Shown in pieces: positions 56,914-64,000 of a DNA stretch of 64,000 nt; the first letter of the stretch is position 1; each line of letters starts with the position of its first letter. Under the pieces are notes generated by a model that saw nothing but the letters and a program-made list of their open reading frames with translations, did not search any database and was not told the origin of the DNA. Origin of the DNA: Spirochaetia bacterium. GTDB lineage: Bacteria > Spirochaetota > Spirochaetia > DSM-2461. Location: the NCBI GenBank assembly GCA_963666985.2, contig CAXXIA010000001.1, positions 736,001 through 800,000 on the forward strand. Direction: 5' to 3'. Made by a program: the position numbers and the translations under genes.

Positions 56914-57482
56914 TGAAGAGCGCCATACTCGGAGGATCGTTCAACCCGGTACACAAAGCGCATCTTTTGCTGGCCGAAGCTGTTTTGGAAATCGGATATG
57001 AAAGAATCATTTTCATACCGGCCGCCAATCCGCCGCATAAAAGGCTTATGGAAGGCGCCGCGGATACGCAGCGGATTGAAATGCTCTCCATTGCTCTTGA
57101 AGGATTGAAATGGGCGAAAATCTGGGATGGAGAAATCCTCAGAGGCGGCATATCCTATACCATCGATACGGTTCGGGAACTTAAATCCTCCGGGTTCGTC
57201 GTGGGCCTGCCGGGATTAATTTTGGGTGATGATCTTGCCTCGGGATTCATGAAGTGGAAATGTGCGGCCTCTTTGGCGGAGGAAACCACCATCATTCTTG
57301 CCCGCAGAGGCGCCGAAGAAGTCGATTTTCCGTTCCCTTGTATACGGCTTCGTAATGGAATTTGGCCGGATTCATCCACTGCCGTCAGGAATCTGATCGA
57401 CCAGGGAAAAGACATGAGGACTCTGGTTCCCGAAGGCGTCGCGGATTATATCGAGAGGAATCATCTTTATGGCTGCGATTGA
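56913..57482 (+). CDS. nadD: Nicotinate-nucleotide adenylyltransferase
   Basis: GGSFNPVHKAH, PPHK, SYTIDT, SST.VR. Confidence 0.93.
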   Translation: MKSAILGGSFNPVHKAHLLLAEAVLEIGYERIIFIPAANPPHKRLMEGAADTQRIEMLSIALEGLKWAKIWDGEILRGGISYTIDTVRELKSSGFVVGLPGLILGDDLASGFMKWKCAASLAEETTIILARRGAEEVDFPFPCIRLRNGIWPDSSTAVRNLIDQGKDMRTLVPEGVADYIERNHLYGCD

Positions 57483-58668
57483 AAAGACAACCTCATCACG
57501 CAGGCCCGAAAGCGCCGCTTGGTATTTGGCTCTTATCGTTATACTCGCATCGGCATTGATTGTATGGGCCGTATTAAGTCTTAAAACGGATCTTTTCACC
57601 GAAGCGATGAAGCAGGAGAAAGTTATAAGTCTTCTCATTGTTATAGATGAAGGAACCGAACCTGTCGTAACGGAGGTTTTTTTCTTTCATCCGATAACAA
57701 AATCGGGCGCTTTAATCGACTTCCCCGGAGAAACCGGGATGCTGCTTTCCAAAGTGGACAGAGTGGATCGACTTTCCTCCCTCTACAATCAGTCCGATAC
57801 CGAAGATTATGCGGATGCCGTCGGTGATCTTTTGGGTAATCCCGTGGATTTTCTTATCCGAATGGATCTTGACGGCTTTGAAAGACTGGTGGATATCATC
57901 GGGGGCATCGATATCTTCGTTCCGAATGCCATAGACGAAACATCCGCTGATTATCGCTTTCTTTTTCCTCCCGGAAGCGTCCGGATGGACGGCGCGAAAG
58001 CGAAATCCTACCTGGTTTATCACCCGGAAAGTGAATTGATCAGCGAACGCACAGACAGAGAACATCGGGTAATTCAATCCCTGCTGAAAGCTCTCGGGAA
58101 CAAAAAGGAAATGCTTGCTTCGGAAGATGTTTTGCCTTTTATCGACGAAATCATGGATTCCGACTTGGACGAAAGCGGTTTGATTTCCTTCATCGGGGCA
58201 CTTTCGGAACTGGATGCGGACAGAATCGTTTATCAGGGGATTTTAGGGAACAGACGCCGGCTTGAGGGACGCACTGTTCTATTTCCTTACTATGACGGGA
58301 AATTGATTAAAGAAACGGTGCAGAGAATTAATGAGACTTTGGCCCGTACGGACGAGTTTTCGGAAGATTTAAGAACCATCCGAGTGGAAATTCTGAATGG
58401 CACGAATGTGAACGGATTGGCGTCAAGGACGGCACAGGTTTTTCAAAGTTTCGGATTTCGAATTTCCGATATCTCGAATGCCGATAGAGACGATTACGAG
58501 AGAACCGTGGTTCTTGATCGTCGAGGAAATCCCGAAGCGGCCGGAAGGGTGGCGGATTTGATCAGATGTTCTCAAGTTCACTCTCGGGTGGATGGAACTC
58601 GTGATGAGACCGTTGATGTAACGGTGATTTTAGGAAAGGATTTTGATGGACGATTCGTTAAGGAATAA
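57469..58668 (+). CDS. LCP (LytR-CpsA-Psr) family protein with LytR C-terminal domain
   Basis: N-terminal TM, LVDIIGGI, VEILNGT...GLASR, VILGKDF. Confidence 0.85.
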   Translation: MAAIEKTTSSRRPESAAWYLALIVILASALIVWAVLSLKTDLFTEAMKQEKVISLLIVIDEGTEPVVTEVFFFHPITKSGALIDFPGETGMLLSKVDRVDRLSSLYNQSDTEDYADAVGDLLGNPVDFLIRMDLDGFERLVDIIGGIDIFVPNAIDETSADYRFLFPPGSVRMDGAKAKSYLVYHPESELISERTDREHRVIQSLLKALGNKKEMLASEDVLPFIDEIMDSDLDESGLISFIGALSELDADRIVYQGILGNRRRLEGRTVLFPYYDGKLIKETVQRINETLARTDEFSEDLRTIRVEILNGTNVNGLASRTAQVFQSFGFRISDISNADRDDYERTVVLDRRGNPEAAGRVADLIRCSQVHSRVDGTRDETVDVTVILGKDFDGRFVKE

Positions 58669-59017
58669 AGTAATCGAACTCTGCGGAGAACTGACCGATA
58701 GGGGAGTTCTGAATGTCGTCGGCCTTAAAATGGGCCCCGAATGCTCCTGGACCTCCTTTCTCGTTATTGGAACGGTAACGAGCCGCGTCCATATGAACGG
58801 GTCCGCAAAAACAACAGAAGATCTGTTGAAAAAAATGGGATTGGAATCCGGCGGTAAGAAAAAAAACGAGGCGATTTCATGGCAAATCATCGACGGCGGT
58901 GAGGTCGTTGTCAGTTTAATGGATGCCGATGCAAGAAAATTTTACGCATTGGAAGAACGCTGGTATGAATCCGAGATGATTTATGAAGGCGGAGATTTAC
59001 GGAAGCAAAACGATTAA
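58646..59017 (+). CDS. rsfS: Ribosome silencing factor RsfS
   Basis: VIGT..S..H, W..IDGG.VVV, R.FY.LE..W; typical position downstream of nadD. Confidence 0.85.
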   Translation: MDDSLRNKVIELCGELTDRGVLNVVGLKMGPECSWTSFLVIGTVTSRVHMNGSAKTTEDLLKKMGLESGGKKKNEAISWQIIDGGEVVVSLMDADARKFYALEERWYESEMIYEGGDLRKQND

Positions 59018-59106
59018 ACTAAGGCTCTTCCGAAAATTGAATCGGTTTGCCCCGGAGTATGAGGGGCGCGATTTTACCTGTGAGCCCGGGATCTATACAG
59101 GAGTAT

Positions 59107-59562
59107 TTATAGGTTCAGCAATGAATTACGTGTCCATTGCATGATAAGCTCGTTTTCTCCTGTCGCGTCATCTATGGATTCCGAGAAGAAAGAAAAGCCT
59201 TTGTATTTGTAGAATCCTATGCTTCTTTTGTTCCGTGAATACACTCTCAGATGAAGATTCGTGCGGATTGTTTTAACATAGTCTATTAATAACCCGCCAA
59301 TCCCGCTTCCTTGATTTTCAGGCCTTACGAAAATAGCGGCGAGATGATTTTCCATCAGTGAAACAAATCCTAAGATTCCTTGTTCGTTGGCGGCCACATA
59401 GGTCTCCGAGATGGGTAAGTATTTGTATTTCATCGTGGATCTATTGGCTTTCCAATAATCGATTGGAATGAAGCTGTGTGCCTCTTTTGACGCTTCATAC
59501 CAAATCTCTACAGCTTCAGTGATTTCATCCTTGCCGATTCTTCGAATTTGTATACCTTTCAT
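59107..59562 (-). CDS. GNAT-family acetyltransferase (YiaC-like)
   Basis: AHSFIP..YW, LAAIFV.PE.QGSGIG, V...N..SI.FY...GF. Confidence 0.9.
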   Translation of the reverse strand: MKGIQIRRIGKDEITEAVEIWYEASKEAHSFIPIDYWKANRSTMKYKYLPISETYVAANEQGILGFVSLMENHLAAIFVRPENQGSGIGGLLIDYVKTIRTNLHLRVYSRNKRSIGFYKYKGFSFFSESIDDATGENELIMQWTRNSLLNL

Positions 59563-59912
59563 AGCATCCCTCGATGTGAAAAATGTATAAACGGTTTTGT
59601 AATCTTAATTTGACAAGCCTAAGAAAAGTCGGTTGAAGTATGCTTCGGCATCCGCCGCTAAGCTTGTTTCATGAGAAAGTACCACATCAGCAAATATATG
59701 TCATCCATATTAACTTTTAATGTGATAAATGCGCGAAACACAATAAAACATCCGGCATCGACGGGACCGAATGGCTTGGGGGAGGTAGGTGTCAGCACCG
59801 GTGATAAATTTCCTGAAAACACCGGAATAAGATTTCCGGTTTTGAGCCAATAAAAACGGGCGAGTATCCCTAAGATGGAGTAACCATACACCCATCGAAA
59901 AGGACACTGCCC

Positions 59913-61166
59913 GTGAAGCTCCAGGAGAAACGCATGCACCAGGCTCAAGTGCTGGCCAAGGAAGGGTACAAGCAGTACCGAATCGCCGAAATACTCGGCG
60001 TTACCGACCGAACGGTTCGAAATTACCTCAGCGGACACAGTCCCAAAATGAGCCCCAGGAAGAAACGGAAGAGCAAGCTCGACCACTTCAAATCCCATAT
60101 TCGCAGTGTACTTGAGGAGGAACCGCTCTTCAATTGCGAGGTGCTTTATAAGAATCTTTGCGCCATGGGTTACACCGGAGGAATCACCATCCTCCGTGAT
60201 TTCGCCAAAGAGACCCGAGATGAGATTCAGAGAGAAGTAGTTCGCCGCTTCGAAACCCAGGCCGGCTACCAGGCACAGATGGACTGGAAGATATTGCCGA
60301 AGGAACACTGGCGAGGCGTCTACGCCTTCGTCATGGTCCTCGGCTACAGCCGGACTCCCTATGTGAGATTCACCACCGATATGACCAGCGGCACACTGCT
60401 GGCCTGCCACCAGAAAGCCTTTGAGTATTTTGGCGGTGTTCCTCAGACTGTATTGTACGACAACATGAAAACAGCATGGGTCCACGACGGAGAAGAGTGG
60501 AAGACCAACTCCCGGTTACTGGAGTTCGCTTCCTCCTACGGTTTCTCTCCAAGACGATGCGCCGTCAGGCGTCCCCAGACCAAAGGAAAAGTAGAGAGGT
60601 TCATCGACTACCTTTCGGGTAACTTCCTTTCTCAGGCACGGCGTAGTGGCCTGAAGACGATCGAAGAACTCAATGACGCCATTCTGCCCTGGCTGACTGA
60701 AGTTCAGCAGAAAGAGCTCCGGGACTACCAGGAAAGTCGTGCCCAGCGATATGAGGTGGAGAAATCCTTCCTGCAACCGGCACCGCCAGAGGGAGCTTTT
60801 GACTACCGTGACAGCATTCAGCTCATTGTCAGTCGAGAAGGCTCAGTCACCTACAAGACTAACAAGTACAGCGTGCCGCCTGTATTGGTTGGTAAGAAGC
60901 TGACGCTGAAAATCGATGCGCTTTCCATGCAGGGGGAAATCCTCAATGGGAAGGTTTCCATACGGCTATTCAATCTCCTTCCAGCTGGCTCCCGGCAGAA
61001 GGATATCCGCAATGAAGATCGGGAAGCACTCTTTACCCTGTGGGAGAAGCAGCGTAAGAAGTCGGCGAAAAAACCAGTCCGGAAGCAACAAGATGAGCAG
61101 ACCATCGTCGATATCAGAAATCCTGCCTACTATGAGCGCTTTGTCGCTGTGGGAGTCTCGGTATGA
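59913..61166 (+). CDS. istA: IS21 transposase IstA
   Basis: N-terminal HTH, DDE motifs QMDW, YDNMK, KGKVER; C-terminal Mu-like YSVP. Confidence 0.95.
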   Translation: MKLQEKRMHQAQVLAKEGYKQYRIAEILGVTDRTVRNYLSGHSPKMSPRKKRKSKLDHFKSHIRSVLEEEPLFNCEVLYKNLCAMGYTGGITILRDFAKETRDEIQREVVRRFETQAGYQAQMDWKILPKEHWRGVYAFVMVLGYSRTPYVRFTTDMTSGTLLACHQKAFEYFGGVPQTVLYDNMKTAWVHDGEEWKTNSRLLEFASSYGFSPRRCAVRRPQTKGKVERFIDYLSGNFLSQARRSGLKTIEELNDAILPWLTEVQQKELRDYQESRAQRYEVEKSFLQPAPPEGAFDYRDSIQLIVSREGSVTYKTNKYSVPPVLVGKKLTLKIDALSMQGEILNGKVSIRLFNLLPAGSRQKDIRNEDREALFTLWEKQRKKSAKKPVRKQQDEQTIVDIRNPAYYERFVAVGVSV

Positions 61167-61927
61167 ATATCAAACTTGAGACCGTCACCGAGAGAATGAA
61201 TTCGCTGGGTATGAGTTTCATGTCCGCAGGACTGGAATCCTTCCTGGCAGAACCCCGCCGGCAGGAACAGACGGTACTGGATATCGTTGCCGACTTGATG
61301 GAACTTGAATACATCCCCCGTAAAGAACGGAGCGCCAAGAGCCGCTTGAAGCTTTCAGGAATGCCGGCAGTGAAAAGGCTGGAAGACTTCGACAGGGGGT
61401 GGCTCAAAGGTGGTATCACCAACCGCCAGTTTGACGAGCTCTCCTCTCTGGCCTTCATCGAGCGAAAGGAGAACGTCATTCTCATGGGTCCCAGCGGCCT
61501 GGGAAAATCTCATCTGATGCTGGCCCTGGGGCACAAGGCCTGCATGGAGGGATTCACCACCTACCATACCACCTGCATCGACCTCATTGAGAACCTGGTT
61601 CTTGCCCGAGAGAACAACCGGCTCAAGCGTCGGCTGGTATGGCTCCGAAAACCGCACCTGCTTCTCATCGATGAAGTCGGTTACGAGAAGCTGACACCCG
61701 AACAGGCTAATCTTTTCTTCCAGGTTGTGAATGCCCGGTATGAACAGGGGAGTATGATCATTACGACGAACAAGCCATTTGGCAGATGGGCGGAGATAAT
61801 GAGTGATGAGGCTGTTGCCAGTGCAACCCTGGACCGTCTGCTTCACCATGCTCATATCCTGAGTCTTCAAGGAGACTCGTACCGAATGAAGGATCGGTTG
61901 AAAGCGGGAGTCGTTGACTTCCTTTGA
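61163..61927 (+). CDS. istB: IS21 helper AAA+ ATPase IstB
   Basis: GPSGLGKS, LLLIDEVGY, ITTN, LDRLLHH, GDSYR. Confidence 0.96.
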   Translation: MNIKLETVTERMNSLGMSFMSAGLESFLAEPRRQEQTVLDIVADLMELEYIPRKERSAKSRLKLSGMPAVKRLEDFDRGWLKGGITNRQFDELSSLAFIERKENVILMGPSGLGKSHLMLALGHKACMEGFTTYHTTCIDLIENLVLARENNRLKRRLVWLRKPHLLLIDEVGYEKLTPEQANLFFQVVNARYEQGSMIITTNKPFGRWAEIMSDEAVASATLDRLLHHAHILSLQGDSYRMKDRLKAGVVDFL

Positions 61928-61986
61928 CGCCCAAAACCGGAAAAACTAAATCGGTGAAATCCGGAAATGTTTCGTCGGTGTTGACA

Positions 61987-62118
61987 GTAGGGGGGAATCC
62001 CATTCAAACCGCGACTTCCTGTCTTGTTTTTTTCGGGCCGTCTTCGCTCACTTCCGGCCACATCCTGTGGCCTCTTCCTCGCTATTGCTCGGCGTTCGCT
62101 CCGCTTCGATTCCCCCTT
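61987..62118 (-). repeat. Second copy of the tRNA/tmRNA-linked structured element (3' end split by IS21; remainder at about 59777-59789)
   Basis: Minus strand AAGGGGGAATCGAA..ACGCCGA-GCAATAGC-GAGGA..GGCCAC-AGGAT-GTGGCC-GGAAGT..GAC-AGGAA-GTC-GCGG..GATTCCCC, the same motif order as 46425-46552. Confidence 0.78.
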
Positions 62119-62125
62119 GAATCAA

Positions 62126-62166
62126 TAAAAAAGCCCGACACCCCCTGACGGGATATCGGGCTTTTT
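62126..62166 (-). terminator. Terminator downstream of the tmRNA-like 3' end
   Basis: AAAAAGCCCGA ... TCGGGCTTTTT inverted repeat with A/T tails on both sides. Confidence 0.75.
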
Positions 62167-62187
62167 GGAGGTGGGGGGAATCGAACC
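62166..62187 (-). other. att site: isolated 3' end of tmRNA (or tRNA-Ala)
   Basis: Minus strand GGTTCGATTCCCCCCACCTCCA = T loop, T stem, acceptor 3' strand CACCTCC (U70) and discriminator A; no 5' half adjacent; composition shifts right after it. Confidence 0.8.
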
Positions 62188-62418
62188 GCCTAAAGCTCTA
62201 TATATAGCGTTATGTTGTGTTGCATTACGTTATGATCGCACTATATGTAGCGGCGTGATTTTTTGTAAAAACGATACTGATGTCACTTCTGATGACACGA
62301 CTTACGGCATTTTTAACGGAAAACTGGAGCCGGGTGGATTGTGATGTCTTTTCTGATGTCAGTACAATTTTCTAAGGCTCTCCCCCTCTTAAACACATTT
62401 TAGCTAATGTAAATACCA

Positions 62419-63471
62419 TTATTGATTTGCAATGCGTTGTATGTTTCTCGCTATAACATATGCTAATCTGGGTGGAACAGCGTTTCCAATCATTCGAGCA
62501 ATCTTATCTAGTACGTCCGAATAGAATACATAGTTGGAATCAAATGTTTGAAGAGTTGCACCCTCACGAATTGAAATAGCTCGGTCCTGTTCGGGATGCC
62601 CAAATCGTCCATTTGATAAACTTCTAAACTTTGTAGTAATTGTCGGCGAGGGCCTGTCCCAATACATCCTTCCGTAGACATCTGTATGTCCAGTATGGAA
62701 TCTGTAACAGTCCAATTGGAGTTCAGCATCAGTTTGCCATGAAATACGATTTCCACCATCATGAGGGGTTTTTTTTAGCCGCTGAAGATTTCTTTTAGAT
62801 AAAGACGCAGAAGTATGCTGCTTGGGTGAGTAATCGCAGTGCCCAGCAGTAATAGGAGGAAACAAATGATAATCACCTATAGCATCTCGAACCGTTTTGG
62901 AGGAAAAAAATTCTTTAAAACTCAATTCAAAATCATTAACAAGTCGAGTTGCTAACAATATATAGCGAAGACGTGATTGTGGTACGCCAATTTCTTTTAC
63001 ATTGAAGTTTCCATCTCGATAGATATACCCTTTCACCTCTAACATTTTCTTGAAACGACCAATTGGACTTTCAGGATTCTTTTCAAAGCCTGGAACATTT
63101 TCTATAAAAACAAAACCTGGGTTGGCATATGCAACATGCTCCAGAAAGTCGTCCAATAACAAACGAGTAGAAGAAGATTTCTCTTTGCTGGTTTGAATTT
63201 TAGAATAATACTGACACGGACTACAACCAACATAAATCAATGAGTCATCATTTCTTTTTAATCTAAGCGAATTAACTACTAGATCAGGTGTAAGATTCGT
63301 AATATCTTCATTAATAAATAGTGTTTTATTATTTATTTCATATGTCTGTTGGCATTCAGAATCAACATCAATACCGGCCAATACGTTGATGCCTGCTTGT
63401 TTAAATCCAGCAGTAACACCGCCAGCACCTGAGAAAAAATCAATAGCTTTTAAGGGGGTATTATGGATCAC
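62419..63471 (-). CDS. DNA (cytosine-5)-methyltransferase
   Basis: Motif I DFFSGAGG, IV SPCQ, VI IENV, VIII VPQSRLR, IX RAISIREGATLQTF, X IGNAVPP. Confidence 0.96.
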   Translation of the reverse strand: MIHNTPLKAIDFFSGAGGVTAGFKQAGINVLAGIDVDSECQQTYEINNKTLFINEDITNLTPDLVVNSLRLKRNDDSLIYVGCSPCQYYSKIQTSKEKSSSTRLLLDDFLEHVAYANPGFVFIENVPGFEKNPESPIGRFKKMLEVKGYIYRDGNFNVKEIGVPQSRLRYILLATRLVNDFELSFKEFFSSKTVRDAIGDYHLFPPITAGHCDYSPKQHTSASLSKRNLQRLKKTPHDGGNRISWQTDAELQLDCYRFHTGHTDVYGRMYWDRPSPTITTKFRSLSNGRFGHPEQDRAISIREGATLQTFDSNYVFYSDVLDKIARMIGNAVPPRLAYVIARNIQRIANQ

Positions 63472-64000
63472 AGCTCTTTTTTCTCTCTTCGATTAATATT
63501 CCCGCTATCGAACTATAGTCAATATCAGGAAGTCCAGGCCTACCTATATAATTAATCAATTTCCATGCAACATTTTCCCTAAAGGGGCTATCAATACTTA
63601 AAAAACGTTTCCAGGGAGAAGTTTGATCAAAGAACTCCTTATGTGGAACAGTATATAATTTTTTCAGATCAATATATGAATTACAAAAAATCTCAGGAAT
63701 CTCAGGAAGAAATATTGTCGAAGGATGATTCTTCAATTTTTCAATAAGTTTTTCCACTTTTGTTGAGATTTCGAAGAAATCAGGATCAAATGGCAGAACG
63801 TCCGCAACAATAACGTTATCAACTTTTACCTGACGTCCACCTAGGGTTGAAAGATCACATGAAGGGGTAAGCATCATTCGATATACTTTCAACTTTTCTT
63901 GATTTCTGCAAAGAATATCACCAAACAATATTTGATCATCAATAGGCGGGAAAATATATTGCGCTACAGGCGGCAATTTATGGTTATGGTCTCGTTCTAT
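63461..64000 (-). CDS. Hypothetical protein, C-terminal part (5' end beyond window)
   Basis: Frame stays open to 64000 (IERDHNHKLPPVAQYIFPP..GDIL..LTPSCDL..SPFRE..YIGRPGLPD); its stop overlaps the methyltransferase start. Confidence 0.8.
   Translation of the reverse strand: MERDHNHKLPPVAQYIFPPIDDQILFGDILCRNQEKLKVYRMMLTPSCDLSTLGGRQVKVDNVIVADVLPFDPDFFEISTKVEKLIEKLKNHPSTIFLPEIPEIFCNSYIDLKKLYTVPHKEFFDQTSPWKRFLSIDSPFRENVAWKLINYIGRPGLPDIDYSSIAGILIEERKKSCDP

Larger units (their letters stand above)
59790..61986 (+). mobile_element. IS21-family insertion sequence, complete (2197 bp), 5-bp target duplication GTAGG
   Basis: Ends TGTCAGCACCGG.. and ..TCGGTGTTGACA with repeated TTTCCGG sub-sites; GTAGG at 59785-59789 and 61987-61991; encodes istA and istB. 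Confidence 0.95.
62188..64000. mobile_element. Left end of an AT-rich genomic island (continues beyond the window)
   Basis: Abrupt visible drop in GC after the att fragment, tandem (C/G)TGATG(T/A)C repeats at 62277-62297 and 62341-62361, DNA methyltransferase cargo. Confidence 0.75.

Noticed and set aside
59563..59700. Possible integron attC site next to the GNAT gene
   Set aside because: No paired RYYYAAC/GTTRRRY ends with a long dyad, and no integron integrase nearby.
59658..60485. 275-aa minus-strand ORF over istA, and many similar overlapping ORFs across the window
   Set aside because: Antisense or alternate-frame shadows of well-supported genes, with no motifs of their own.
62166..62260. 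Complete tRNA or tmRNA gene on the minus strand
   Set aside because: Only the T loop and acceptor 3' strand are present; no 5' acceptor strand, D arm or anticodon arm.
1..64000. CRISPR array, rRNA or prophage structural genes
   Set aside because: No regularly spaced repeats, rRNA-like sequence or phage structural motifs were seen.

Overview
Bacterial chromosome segment, very probably from a free-living member of the Spirochaetia. Evidence: the flgF/flhO-flgG-flgJ-sigma-tsaD-apt block and the rplU-prp-rpmA-obg-nadD-LCP-rsfS block, a DUF5312-like gene, and 'FA-x-G' type signal peptides. Left to right: (1) a sigma54-driven minus-strand catabolic cluster (cyclase-family amidohydrolase, Na+/solute symporter fused to two winged-helix domains, PAS-AAA+ enhancer-binding protein, thiolase running off the window); (2) a purine biosynthesis cluster (purL-E-F-M-N ... 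purH ... purD) under a guanine riboswitch, interrupted by a beta-barrel-like gene and a PHP-containing ABC importer, each preceded by the same 35-bp palindrome; (3) DHH phosphoesterase, aldo/keto reductase, aceE-aceF-lpdA, livKHMGF, rnz, a divergent NDP-kinase-like gene, erythrin-VIT1 and a CHASE2 adenylate cyclase; (4) flagellar rod genes, an RpoS-like sigma factor, tsaD, apt, tRNA-Gln and tRNA-Glu, ARG-box-controlled carAB, argS, and the L21/L27/obg block; (5) a GNAT gene, a complete IS21-family element, a tmRNA-like 3'-end att site and the first 1.8 kb of an AT-rich genomic island (C5 DNA methyltransferase plus a truncated partner gene). Most unusual signals: a ~130-nt structured element with covarying CAGGA(A/T/C)G-loop hairpins found behind both tRNA-Glu and the tmRNA-like att site, and the transporter with tandem winged-helix domains. 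All calls come from reading the sequence; no searches were run.
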